From positions 2,649 to 66,648 of the forward strand of contig JAIORP010000168.1 of NCBI GenBank assembly GCA_021108075.1: 64,000 nucleotides of DNA, given 5' to 3'. Each line of letters begins with the position of its first letter. Position 1 is the stretch's first letter. Positions 41,401 to 50,181 of this stretch are shown piece after piece. This DNA comes from Candidatus Omnitrophota bacterium (lineage in GTDB: Bacteria > Omnitrophota > Gorgyraeia > Zapsychrales > Zapsychraceae). The translations under genes were made by a program, and so were the position numbers. Under the pieces are notes generated by a model. It was not told the origin of the DNA, did not search any database, and saw nothing but the letters and a program-made list of their open reading frames with translations.

Positions 41401-42601
41401 GTTTATTGATATCCTTCGGAAGGAAATAAGCAAACCAATCTTTACCTAACGCGTACTTCTCGCTGCATTCTAACAATTCGCAACCTTTCTTATTAATCAA
41501 TTGAATACATCCCTTGCGGTCCAAAACCAGTAAGATCACGCCGGCGATATCGAGGTAATTCTGGATGCGGTCTCTTTGCCGCCTGATATTGATTTCTTTT
41601 TGAATCAGGTTCTTATTGACATCTCTCAACTTTTGTTCATTTGCTTTCAGCTGTTCATTCAACGTTAATAAACGATGTTCCACTTTTTTCATGCGCGTGA
41701 TATCATCGAGCACGCATATTGTCCGCAGAAACTCACCCTGTTTATTTTTTAAAGCTGATGAATTTTTCACGACATCAATAAACGAGCCATCTTTACGCAC
41801 GAATTGGCAATGGTCCCTAAAAGAACGACCTTTTGAGATGACCGTCTTTAAATTTCCTGCCGCGAGCGCGCGATAATCCGGATGAATAAACTGGGATATG
41901 GGTTTGCCGATGACTTCTTTCCTGGTGTAACCTAATACCGCCTTGATCCTTTTATTGCAGTCAATGATGACGCCCTTGTGGTCGGCGGAAAGGATCAAAT
42001 TTGCGGCTGTATCAAAAATGGACCGGTATTTTTTCTCATTTTTTAAGGCCTCTTCCTTAGCCTTTTCTTCAGCCTGCATTTGTTGTCTCAATTTTAATGC
42101 TTGAGCGCGTAATTGTTGATTAGCAGTATGCAATTGAATTTCACTGACCTGCAATTGCTGGTTCATCGCTTTGAGGGTCATGCCCGGGTTCGTCCCTCGT
42201 GCGCTATCGACCAAATACTCAATGACATAGACCAATTGACCTTCCTGGTCAAAGACAGGAATCCCGAAGATATCAACTTGCTGCGTTTTTCCAGCGGTCA
42301 ATTTCTTTAAATGTTTTAAAACAACGCTGCGCTGCGATTTCTTGACTTCTTTTAAGGCGCAGGGCCAGTTGGAGGGACATTTTTTTTGACGATTGTGTAA
42401 AACGCGATAGCAAAAATTTTCTCCTTTTGCCATATCAATCTTTGCGACAGGGTTCGCGTAGAAAACTTTATATGTTTGAATATCGATAACAACAACGGGA
42501 AAGGGAAGAGCTTCAAGTCTTGCCCTGGTCGATTGATTCAGAACAGGTTGTTTCGCCTGACTCAAAACCAGGGGTGCAGCTTTCTTTTTCTTATTCATCA
42601 T
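38465..42601 (-). CDS. Cytoplasmic multi-PAS sensor histidine kinase (HisKA_3/NarX-UhpB type)
   Basis: About eight PAS/PAC units ending in DIT-like motifs, H-box IARELHDELGQ, FQEALTNVLRHA, QDNGIG, GVIGMKER; no TM segment seen. Confidence 0.92.
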   Translation of the reverse strand: MMNKKKKAAPLVLSQAKQPVLNQSTRARLEALPFPVVVIDIQTYKVFYANPVAKIDMAKGENFCYRVLHNRQKKCPSNWPCALKEVKKSQRSVVLKHLKKLTAGKTQQVDIFGIPVFDQEGQLVYVIEYLVDSARGTNPGMTLKAMNQQLQVSEIQLHTANQQLRAQALKLRQQMQAEEKAKEEALKNEKKYRSIFDTAANLILSADHKGVIIDCNKRIKAVLGYTRKEVIGKPISQFIHPDYRALAAGNLKTVISKGRSFRDHCQFVRKDGSFIDVVKNSSALKNKQGEFLRTICVLDDITRMKKVEHRLLTLNEQLKANEQKLRDVNKNLIQKEINIRRQRDRIQNYLDIAGVILLVLDRKGCIQLINKKGCELLECSEKYALGKDWFAYFLPKDINKQVKKYFRSIMCGELDPVEYYENEILTRKGKRRIISWHNTIVRNNQGRIVTTLSSGEDITQCKQVEWAARKHERFLDEIIEKTPSPMWISDGKGTIVRVNRALLQLLGPGGTDIVGKYNVLKDAQAKKQGLMPLVRSVFTAKKTINFILHYRLNQVKQIKFKDDGLIVFDIVIAPILDKDENVINAICIHNDITKLILVEEDLKAANRQLKARGRELITTNRQLRSNATRLHLEMSARQKVFNQLQESELRFRTIFEQAGVGVAQIISRTGRFVRINQRYGEIIGYSTSEMLKKTFQDIVHPDDLKADLDSMKLLVGGKIREFTMEKRFCRKDGSVVWVSLSVSPMWSIGEAPDCHITVIADITERKVAQQELLETKEQLSNITENLPGVIFQYWHPKNDAKGAFKYITSGTQKIIGLTADQILSDDDLIRATIVEEDILSLKTTLLKMAKKNMKWDFSWRVKSTEGEIRWVRALASVQQLPDKSYLWDGLLLDVTDRKRVETALVESETKFRSYIENAPDGILVTNKKGQYIEANAAITNITGYSRQQLLKMSMPDLFPDDWKKQAMAHFNSVRTKGLSKGELMHLRKDGSRGYLNIDTVKISEDRYLGFLKDISVRRTAEEASRDSELRFRMFFDQSFFQFFVITDLDGNTLEVNQLVYDVYGCFPTKIIGKPLWEAWFWEKTQEEISTIKKSIQAATKGQRSEHDCVSFDKNGKKVFAARVFQPVKGYSGEIAYISVQGMDITARKKAEWELELKNSELSDVNEKLKHLSDHLYKEREEERKGIARELHDELGQALTALRMDLAWLKTHVNDQSRSLDKIESMFKLIDDTIHWVQKISSEIRPGILDDLGLIAAVEWQAQEFEKRSGLTCLVRSEGEHLVEPKVATVLFRIFQEALTNVLRHARATRITISIISTEDFIQFTIQDNGIGITEKQISDKKSLGVIGMKERLQSLNGSISFKGRQNKGTKIDITIPYF

Positions 42602-42951
42602 CCTCTCCCCGTCAGAATTCACATATATTGAATTTTCACACTATCTCTATCAATCACGCGACCGGCGCCAACGGTGCAATGATATGCGACAACCCGGGGA
42701 TCCTTCAGCCGCCCTGTTCATCGGAAGATACCTGGCGAGATAAAATGAGCCAAACCAGCGGGCTTCCTTTTCGCCGTCATAAAACAGCTAAGGCCAACAG
42801 CGGGACATCTTGCTTTAGCACAGAAAAAAATACCCTTCAAGGTCAACTGTATTATAGGACGGATTGAAAACTGAACAAATAAGTTTTTTCCCATTGGGAC
42901 ATCCACCCCGGGGCCTGGGGGTGGCGTTTGCTTTAACAGTTGCTGGACCCA

Positions 42952-44691
42952 TCACGGGTTAACAGTAAATTTATCAAAAATTTTTTGAAGTTGTGGAGAA
43001 GGCATGACGCAATTTTCTTTTTCCTCTATTTGATGGATCGAAGCCGGTTCATTTATGTAGACCTCAACCCATACACCATCTTTTTGAAAAACATCGACGC
43101 GTTTAAAATGATGATAAAACAGGTCCCTGACTGTCTTCGTCTCCTGGTCAAGCAACCCATCCTTGATCCACATGGAATAGACGAGCCATAACCGGTTAAA
43201 AGACAGGTCTTCAATATTGAACTCACTTAAAAGCCGATCATTCTTAAAAGGCGTGAATTTATAAAACTGTAATGGATCGCTTTCATCCACAATATCATAT
43301 TCGTTTTCCATGCCCAGGAAAAAAATTTCAAAGGCCGAAATCCCATACGGAAAAAACACCTTGTAAAAAGATTCTGGCAGTTTGTCCCGGTATTTGGCAT
43401 AATGCCGATAGACTTGCTGACGGGTTAAAACATAAGAATGAAAATTTGCGGCAACAACGATATCGCCCTCCTTCATATTCAACGGCAGGGGATCTAATAT
43501 CTCAGAGGCCTGTCTTTTCGGGGGTGTTCCCATAAAAACAGCCTGCAAGTATCCACGCGGATACGCGTAACCCTTATAATAGTTTGTCAAAGCCGGCAGC
43601 TGAAAAGCGCAGAAAATAATGACGCAGATGACTTTATAATGTTTTTTCTTTAACGCGTCGATACCGCACGCCATCAATAAATAATAGAACGGCGAGAAAA
43701 TGATCAATTGCCGATGGACAAAAACAGGTAAAATCCATCTCGAAAGATAAAACATGATGATCACCGGACAAAACAAAAAAGCACTCAATGAAACCGACTG
43801 GACCTTATCCACCTTAAATAAAGCGAAAATGCCATAACAGGCTATGGAAAAAAAGAACAAAAAACTTAATAAAAAATGAAAATAATTCGACCCCGAATAA
43901 CCGACACCGAAAATCATCCAGGCAAAAAGAAAGACTTCATATCTGGGTGAAATCAGCCAAAAATTCTTTCTGACCATGTCCATGTGCTCAGAAAACAATG
44001 CTTTAAGGGCAAAAATAACGATTAAAATAATTACAATCGACAGAATCCACTTGAATAATTTTGAACGGTGTTTTTGCGTTAATAAAGGTATGAAAGAAAA
44101 CAGCAGCAAAAAAACAGCAAAATAATTCGACAGCACAGCCATGAAACCCATGACCGTGAACATCACCCAATGCCCCCGTCGATCCGTTTGAAAAACCTTC
44201 AGATAAAAATAAACCCACACCAAACAGACAAAAACCGCCATAGCGTACCCGCGCGCTTCCTGCGCGTACCAGAGATGGAATGGATTAACCGCCATGATAA
44301 GAAGGGTGTAGAACCCCACACGGGGATTCACAAAGTGATGGGCGATATACCACAAAACAATCAGGGCCATCATACTGAAAAAGACAGACATCAGCCGCAG
44401 CGACATACCATCGCCGATCAGCACACTGTAGAGATAGACAAGAATATTATAAATCGGGGAATGCGGGTCGCGCATCAACATATCCGTGAAGACTTCAATC
44501 GCAGGGGTGTCCGTCAATTCAGCAGTGATTTGAATGCTCTTCGCGCCATACAGATCATTACCGATCTCATCATGCCACAAATCAAAAAAATCATAATGGT
44601 ACAGACGAAGCCCTAAAGCAAGAATAAATAAGAATAGACAGAGAATTTTACGGATAGGTAATTTATTGGATAAAACTATGAAATCAAACAT
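42952..44691 (-). CDS. GT-C fold glycosyltransferase (ArnT/PMT, family 39-like)
   Basis: LRLYHY...LWHDE, DPHSPIY, NPFHLWYAQEARGYA motifs; many TMs and a C-terminal soluble domain. Confidence 0.88.
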   Translation of the reverse strand: MFDFIVLSNKLPIRKILCLFLFILALGLRLYHYDFFDLWHDEIGNDLYGAKSIQITAELTDTPAIEVFTDMLMRDPHSPIYNILVYLYSVLIGDGMSLRLMSVFFSMMALIVLWYIAHHFVNPRVGFYTLLIMAVNPFHLWYAQEARGYAMAVFVCLVWVYFYLKVFQTDRRGHWVMFTVMGFMAVLSNYFAVFLLLFSFIPLLTQKHRSKLFKWILSIVIILIVIFALKALFSEHMDMVRKNFWLISPRYEVFLFAWMIFGVGYSGSNYFHFLLSFLFFFSIACYGIFALFKVDKVQSVSLSAFLFCPVIIMFYLSRWILPVFVHRQLIIFSPFYYLLMACGIDALKKKHYKVICVIIFCAFQLPALTNYYKGYAYPRGYLQAVFMGTPPKRQASEILDPLPLNMKEGDIVVAANFHSYVLTRQQVYRHYAKYRDKLPESFYKVFFPYGISAFEIFFLGMENEYDIVDESDPLQFYKFTPFKNDRLLSEFNIEDLSFNRLWLVYSMWIKDGLLDQETKTVRDLFYHHFKRVDVFQKDGVWVEVYINEPASIHQIEEKENCVMPSPQLQKIFDKFTVNP

Positions 44692-44786
44692 TAAAAAGTC
44701 TTAATCTATATAAGGTAGAAATCTATTTCACCATTAATAACATCAACAATGCAAAATTGAAGCCACCATTGAATGTCCGACGTCCA

Positions 44787-45038
44787 TTAACCGTTACGGG
44801 CACACAAGGCAACATATCTTGCAGGTAAATAGGGCCTGGTTGATCCTGTCTGGGCTTGATTAATCCACACAAAACCACCACCCCCGCAACCACATACACC
44901 TGACTGGCAATTGCGCAAACGAAATGTCGCGCATTGGGCTTCCGCGTAACGCGTTCCGACACGCAATCCGATAACGGAAATAAGCACAAAAGCACACAAA
45001 AAAATTAATAATTTTATCGTTGTCTTAATTCTTTCCAT
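44787..45038 (-). CDS. Secreted Cys-rich small peptide, paralog 3
   Basis: GGGAGG SD 7 nt before ATG 45038; hydrophobic leader ending AEA|Q; core QCATFRLRNCQSGVCGCGGGG...RPYLPARYVALCARNG is homologous to its two neighbours. Confidence 0.85.
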   Translation of the reverse strand: MERIKTTIKLLIFLCAFVLISVIGLRVGTRYAEAQCATFRLRNCQSGVCGCGGGGFVWINQAQTGSTRPYLPARYVALCARNG

Positions 45039-45071
45039 CAAACATCCTCCCTTTAAAAAAACATCAAAAAC

Positions 45072-45320
45072 TTAGCTCCCCAGGCAAAGGGTCATATATC
45101 TTGCCGGAACATAAGGGCGACCAGAACCGCATTGTGTCGTTGAAACAGGATTGTAACCAGCAGGACAACCGCATCCACTACTATTGCAGGTTACAACCGT
45201 ATAGCGGACACACGCTTGGGCTTCCGCGCGCGGCACATACAATTTGACACCCACTATGATAGACACCGTTAAAACACTTAAAAAAATTGTTATTAAAAAA
45301 ATATAACTTATTTTCTTCAT
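45072..45320 (-). CDS. Secreted Cys-rich small peptide, paralog 2
   Basis: GGGAGG SD; leader ending AEA|Q; core QACVRYTVVTCNSSGCGCPAGY...CGSGRPYVPARYMTLCLGS. Confidence 0.87.
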   Translation of the reverse strand: MKKISYIFLITIFLSVLTVSIIVGVKLYVPRAEAQACVRYTVVTCNSSGCGCPAGYNPVSTTQCGSGRPYVPARYMTLCLGS

Positions 45321-45429
45321 ACTCTGTCCTCCCTAAAGGATACAAACAGATTATCTGAATTTCAAAAAATACGCAAATTCAAAAGACCGCTTCATAAAAC
45401 CTGTCACATTCGTGATCTTAAGCAAGCAC

Positions 45430-45678
45430 CTATTGCGCGCAAATAGCCGTATACCAATAAGTCGCGTAACTAGGTGAATAAGGGTTTCCCGCCGGTTGAT
45501 TGCGCACCCAACCTGCCGGGCACGGATCCCCCCACTGGCCCGCGGTAGTAGATGAATAAATACGCCAACTGACACATTGCGCTTGTGCTGTTGGTGGTTC
45601 AACACGCAGATTGGAAATACAGAATACGGTCAAAGTGATCAGTATACAAATAATGACTTGAAGTATTCTTTTAAACAT
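45430..45678 (-). CDS. Secreted Cys-rich small peptide, paralog 1
   Basis: AAGGAGG SD; leader ending AQA|Q; core QCVSWRIY...CPAGW...NPYSPSY...AICAQ. Confidence 0.85.
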   Translation of the reverse strand: MFKRILQVIICILITLTVFCISNLRVEPPTAQAQCVSWRIYSSTTAGQWGDPCPAGWVRNQPAGNPYSPSYATYWYTAICAQ

Positions 45679-45875
45679 GCATCTGCCTCCTTTTATGACA
45701 TATACAAAGATAAGTGCCGATGTTATTGATAATATTTTTATATTAAATCTTCATTAATAAGAATAATAGATGCTTTTAAAATAATACCATAAAATAAATA
45801 AAATGCAAAGCCTTTCGTCTTTTTCCTACCCGGCAACGAGACAAAAAAAATTACCTTCCCTATCAGATCAATGAT

Positions 45876-45976
45876 ACCAATCCCATTAAATAATGACCAA
45901 AACCGATTCTGCTTTTCTCGACGCTTTAGCGAGAATGTCAGGATTGAAATAAAAACAATTCATTAATGGATTTAGT
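45876..45976 (+). mobile_element. MITE family A, full-length diverged copy
   Basis: ACCAATCCCATTAAATAATGACCAAAACC...CATTAATGGATTTAGT; left flank ATGAT, right flank ATGGC. Confidence 0.8.
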
Positions 45977-46125
45977 ATGGCGATAAAGTAATATCTATCA
46001 AAAATTTTAAAATTATTATTGAACCGGACGGCGAAAAGCTCCCTATCGGTTCGTGTCATCGGTCATCGCGTTCTTTTTATTTCATCCCGGTCCAATAGAA
46101 GTAAAAACCTCAGGGTCTATACCGC

Positions 46126-47331
46126 TCAACGAGACTGGATCGCTTGAAAAACATCATCCGGTCTTATTTGTTGAATACAAATATTATTCTTGCAGGTGGA
46201 AACGCGGTGGTTAAAAACAGACAAACAGGGTGAACAGGGCCATTGGGAATAAAAAATGTGAATATGCTCCCCTAATGGCGCGAAAATCCCGGGACTCTCC
46301 GGTCCGAACAAAACATATTGTTTGATCGACGTCATCGAGGCTAAATGCGCCAGGCCGCAATCATTGGCAATCAAGGCATCCGCGATATCAAACAGGGCAA
46401 ACAACTCGAATATTTGTGTCTGCCCGGTTAAGTCCAGACAAACGTCCTTTCCCAAAGCCTGACAAAATTGCCGGGCTTTCGTTTTGCAATTTTCTGTGCC
46501 GATCAGGAGAACAAAGCAATCCTTTTGAGCAACGATCTTTTTGCCTAATGTGACAAAAGACTCGAACGGCCACTCCCTTAAAGCAAGCACCCCATCACCT
46601 AAATTCATCAGCATCATTCTTGATGCCGCAGGCACGCCCATGCGGATCAATTTTTCCCGCATCGCATCAATGGCTGGCTGTTGGACTTGATATTGAGGAC
46701 GGTCTTGATCATCCATACACTGTCTTTCAATTAAGTCCGGAGTCACCTTGGCCACTGACGCGACCACCTGGCTAAAAGCCAAAAACATCTCACTGATATG
46801 TTTTTGGGGGTTATAAATAACTTTATGCGTCACTAAATCGCCGCGGTACAAACCTTCGAAGCTAAACCGGTCAAACCCAATCCTTTTTGGCGCGGAACTC
46901 AAATAAGACAGAATAGCGGTAAAACGGGAAAAAAATTCTAAATCTAAGACGACATCCACTTTTTCCTTTCTCATGCCGGCAATGACCGCAAACACATCAT
47001 GAACGAACTGTGAGAATGTCGTATCGCGAATCGTGTATATCTTTTTTAATGGGATGATATCCAGGACATCAAATATTTGACGGTTGCATTCAAATGTCAC
47101 GAAAAAAAACTGAGCCTGCGGATAAGCCGCCTGCATCCGCCTGATAAGGGGATAAGACAAAACAATCCCTCCCATTTCCGATGGCTTTAAAAAAAGGATC
47201 TTTCGCGGATTCGGTGCGGTATCCTTTTTTGACCTAAAAAGACCCGTAAGCTTATTAAAAACTGTCAGGAAGAAACACAGCGGAATGCCAACCCAAAAAT
47301 CTATAAATCGCATAAAATTTAATGTCATCAT
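46126..47331 (-). CDS. Glycosyltransferase family 9 (heptosyltransferase-like)
   Basis: KILFLKPSEMGGIVL, REWPFESF, DLTGQT, ANDCGLAHLAS, LFGPE and C-terminal CSPC...C...C motif. Confidence 0.9.
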   Translation of the reverse strand: MMTLNFMRFIDFWVGIPLCFFLTVFNKLTGLFRSKKDTAPNPRKILFLKPSEMGGIVLSYPLIRRMQAAYPQAQFFFVTFECNRQIFDVLDIIPLKKIYTIRDTTFSQFVHDVFAVIAGMRKEKVDVVLDLEFFSRFTAILSYLSSAPKRIGFDRFSFEGLYRGDLVTHKVIYNPQKHISEMFLAFSQVVASVAKVTPDLIERQCMDDQDRPQYQVQQPAIDAMREKLIRMGVPAASRMMLMNLGDGVLALREWPFESFVTLGKKIVAQKDCFVLLIGTENCKTKARQFCQALGKDVCLDLTGQTQIFELFALFDIADALIANDCGLAHLASMTSIKQYVLFGPESPGIFAPLGEHIHIFYSQWPCSPCLSVFNHRVSTCKNNICIQQIRPDDVFQAIQSR

Positions 47332-47477
47332 ACTTAAAAATCCAGAGGTCGCTGTTTTAAAGGTTTACAACACCCGTATACTATCGCGATAAATATTGGT
47401 TTATATAATTTTTTAGAATTATTATTAATCCTGAGGTATAAAAGTCAAGTTGTAAATTCACGAACAAAAATCCAGAC

Positions 47478-49151
47478 CTAATGATTTGGGCCTTCCTTTT
47501 TCTTGTACACATAAAATAATGTCATCATCTGACGGTCGGTCGACAGATTAAAAAAATCTTTCTTTTCGACTAAATCATAATGAGCGCGCACGGCCTGGAC
47601 GATTTCCTCCGTCCAACTTTGATAATGAATACCGATATCCGAAAGAACAATGAGATCAAAACGTTGAGAAACAATATCATTAATCAAAAGAGACTGGTCC
47701 CAATGCCCCCGGTCAGACAATTCCGTCATGGCAAAGGGGCTATAAAGCGAAAGTTTTCCATTGATAGCCGCGTATCCGGCATATTCCAGAAGAACTTCTC
47801 CCGGAGCGTCATGGACCAATTGGTTTAATTGTTGAGCGATTTTTTTATTATATTCATCTGGAACTGTGCGGTCGACTTTAATAAACAACATCCCCAACTG
47901 CAAAAGCAGACAAAGACTGATGGCGATTTTAATTAAACCGTTTTTTATACCAAATCCATTAATAAATTGTTCTATCTTAATTCTGATATTCTCGCTAAAT
48001 CGTCGAGAAAAGCAGAATTGGTTTTGGTCATTATTTAATGGAATTGGTATTAACGTCTCATTATCCAGCGCTAAGGTCTGTGAGAGGGCACAACCCGTCA
48101 GGATACAGATCGCCGCCCAAATCTCAAGGAAATAATTCAGGGAAGACCCATCTTTACCGGCTGTCACCGTAATGGCACAGGCAAAAATAAAAAAAAAGTG
48201 CTCGAGGCGCCATGACCTTTTGAGGCCATGATAAAAAATCAGCCCCAGAGACAATAAAAAAACAAATCCGTGAGACGCGATAAACCGGCCCATCCAATCG
48301 AAATATCTGTCCCACTGAAAAGCGCCGAGCGTATAACGCGTAATGTGATAAACAAATTGCCCTTTTGTCATAATCAACATCCCGATCACAAGCGAGACGC
48401 CAAGGCCTGTCAGGACAGACAATAAAATCATTATTTTTTTTAAATTCTCGTCATTCCAGGAGACATTGAATCGGATCCCATTCGGCTGACGGCAAGCGAG
48501 CAGCGCCAGACAACTGAATGGGGCCGCGATGGAACTTTGACGCGAAAACAATGCGGCGATAAACAAACCCGCGGCCAGACAAATCTTCTTCATATTATTT
48601 TGAGTATCGCCTTCTATAAATAAAACGAGTCCCCAGACCGAAAACATCACCGCCAGCATATCAACCCGGACCAGAACAGACCAAATATGGACCCACCCTG
48701 AAGAAACGAACAAAAAAGCAGAGAATAACGCCGCCATGTTGTTTTTGGAGCGCGCGTAGACAAACCGCCCGATCGCGTAGGCGCTCAATACCGCGGCGAT
48801 AATGGAAATCAGACGCCCCAAAATTAATTGGGGTCCGAATAAACGGATCAGCAGGGACAACAAAAAAGCATACAAAGCGGGATAATTCATCACAAAGAAA
48901 GGTTCCTGATTTAAGGGAGTAAAGACCGGAACACCTTGAGACATCGCGTACGCCGACTGAAAAACCAATCCCTCCCCGCCATTAACATCATAAGGGAACG
49001 TGGCGATCTGATAGGCATACAGGAGATAGGCCGCACATTGAACAAGCAGAAACAGCACCGCCAGGCAAATAAAAATATGAAAAGGTTTGTTCGGATTGAA
49101 ACAATTTTTGAAAATAAAAAAATATTCTTTCATGCAACTCCGACTCATCAA
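47478..49151 (-). CDS. GT-C fold (ArnT-like) membrane glycosyltransferase carrying an in-frame MITE
   Basis: PYDVNGGEG, NYPALY, LGRLISI, VRVDML, GSSLNYFLE motifs; many TMs; 35-aa MITE-derived insert. Confidence 0.8.
   Translation of the reverse strand: MMSRSCMKEYFFIFKNCFNPNKPFHIFICLAVLFLLVQCAAYLLYAYQIATFPYDVNGGEGLVFQSAYAMSQGVPVFTPLNQEPFFVMNYPALYAFLLSLLIRLFGPQLILGRLISIIAAVLSAYAIGRFVYARSKNNMAALFSAFLFVSSGWVHIWSVLVRVDMLAVMFSVWGLVLFIEGDTQNNMKKICLAAGLFIAALFSRQSSIAAPFSCLALLACRQPNGIRFNVSWNDENLKKIMILLSVLTGLGVSLVIGMLIMTKGQFVYHITRYTLGAFQWDRYFDWMGRFIASHGFVFLLSLGLIFYHGLKRSWRLEHFFFIFACAITVTAGKDGSSLNYFLEIWAAICILTGCALSQTLALDNETLIPIPLNNDQNQFCFSRRFSENIRIKIEQFINGFGIKNGLIKIAISLCLLLQLGMLFIKVDRTVPDEYNKKIAQQLNQLVHDAPGEVLLEYAGYAAINGKLSLYSPFAMTELSDRGHWDQSLLINDIVSQRFDLIVLSDIGIHYQSWTEEIVQAVRAHYDLVEKKDFFNLSTDRQMMTLFYVYKKKEGPNH
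47949..48048 (-). mobile_element. MITE family A, full-length 100-bp copy inside a CDS
   Basis: Reverse complement of the 61594-61693 copy with few differences; reads PIPLNNDQNQFCFSRRFSENIRIKIEQFINGFG in the host frame. Confidence 0.9.
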
Positions 49152-49181
49152 ATAACATCTATTAATAATTGAAAAATTTCA

Positions 49182-49997
49182 TCATGTCGTTTTAGAAAGA
49201 CACTGTTTCTTAAGGTATTGCATTCCGTCATTAACCTTTTCACTGTAAAACCGCATCATTTCTTGTTCATATTCATCATAAGAATGATCATACAAATAAT
49301 ACGCCTTAACAAAAATGTTAAAAAGGATCAGTTGAAAACAACGGCCCTGCATCTGGTGGTCCATCCTTGATCCTTTAACATCTTTGGACGGCATCAGTCC
49401 CAATTCGTAAAGCCTGGAACCCGCCGTGTTACTGTTGCTGTCCTCTTCACCGGTATCTGTAGCCGGGATCATTTTATCAAGACGCAGGCGCTCAACAAAC
49501 CCCGTCTCCTTATATCCGTCGAAGTCGAAAACAGGATTAGAATACATCACCCCAAACTCGGCGTAAAGGTCTTTGATCATCTCAACACCCCGTTTCATTT
49601 GCGCGGGAAAAATATTCATCCCCTGGTTCGCCCCATCGCAAACATGCGCCACCTGATTGTCCAGGCAGTACAGGATCGTCTGCATATGCATGGCTAACTT
49701 GCATAAACCACAATTTGACAGAAGAAAAAATCCGAATTTACGCCAATAATAGAAATAGCGCGAGTAAAACACAAACCTGGTGATGGCATCGACGTCGATG
49801 ATCGCATGGCTGAACTTTTCCTGTCCATATTTTTCCTGCAGTTTATGAACATTGAATGTTGAGTTCTTCACGCGAAAGAAGCCAAACCGCCTGTAAGTGA
49901 CCAGATGGACCCTGGAGAATTGCTGAGAAACTAAAGCCGCCGCAAGAGTGGAATCCGTTCCACCGGAGAACAAAACGACAATTTCATTTTTATTCAA
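49182..49997 (-). CDS. PP-loop adenine nucleotide alpha-hydrolase (QueC/ThiI-like fold), function unknown
   Basis: VVLFSGGTDSTLAA PP-loop, CGLCK, DGAN. Confidence 0.75.
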   Translation of the reverse strand: MNKNEIVVLFSGGTDSTLAAALVSQQFSRVHLVTYRRFGFFRVKNSTFNVHKLQEKYGQEKFSHAIIDVDAITRFVFYSRYFYYWRKFGFFLLSNCGLCKLAMHMQTILYCLDNQVAHVCDGANQGMNIFPAQMKRGVEMIKDLYAEFGVMYSNPVFDFDGYKETGFVERLRLDKMIPATDTGEEDSNSNTAGSRLYELGLMPSKDVKGSRMDHQMQGRCFQLILFNIFVKAYYLYDHSYDEYEQEMMRFYSEKVNDGMQYLKKQCLSKTT

Positions 49998-50178
49998 CCG
50001 GCTTCTCCTTTTTAACAGCTTTCCTTAACTGCCCGACGATAAACTTCAACAGCGAAAAATACATAAAATAAAGTCCTTGAACGATCCAACCGATGAATTC
50101 CGTGTAAAGGCACCGAAGTTTATACGGCAATACCATGGCTACGCTGCAAATAATACATGCGAAAAATTTTTTTAACAT
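49990..50178 (-). CDS. Small hydrophobic hypothetical protein (62 aa)
   Basis: Starts 3 nt after the upstream stop and overlaps the downstream start, which suggests translational coupling. Confidence 0.65.
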   Translation of the reverse strand: MLKKFFACIICSVAMVLPYKLRCLYTEFIGWIVQGLYFMYFSLLKFIVGQLRKAVKKEKPVE

Positions 50179-50181
50179 TCC

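Noticed and set aside
42903-42924. CCACCCC...GGGGTGG hairpin as a terminator of the GT-C gene
   Set aside because: No U-tract follows on the minus strand, so the function cannot be supported.
44723-45605. Alternative-frame ORFs 44723..44995 and 45351..45605 as extra Cys-rich peptides
   Set aside because: They overlap the true peptide genes in other frames and lack the SD, leader and AxAQ motif.
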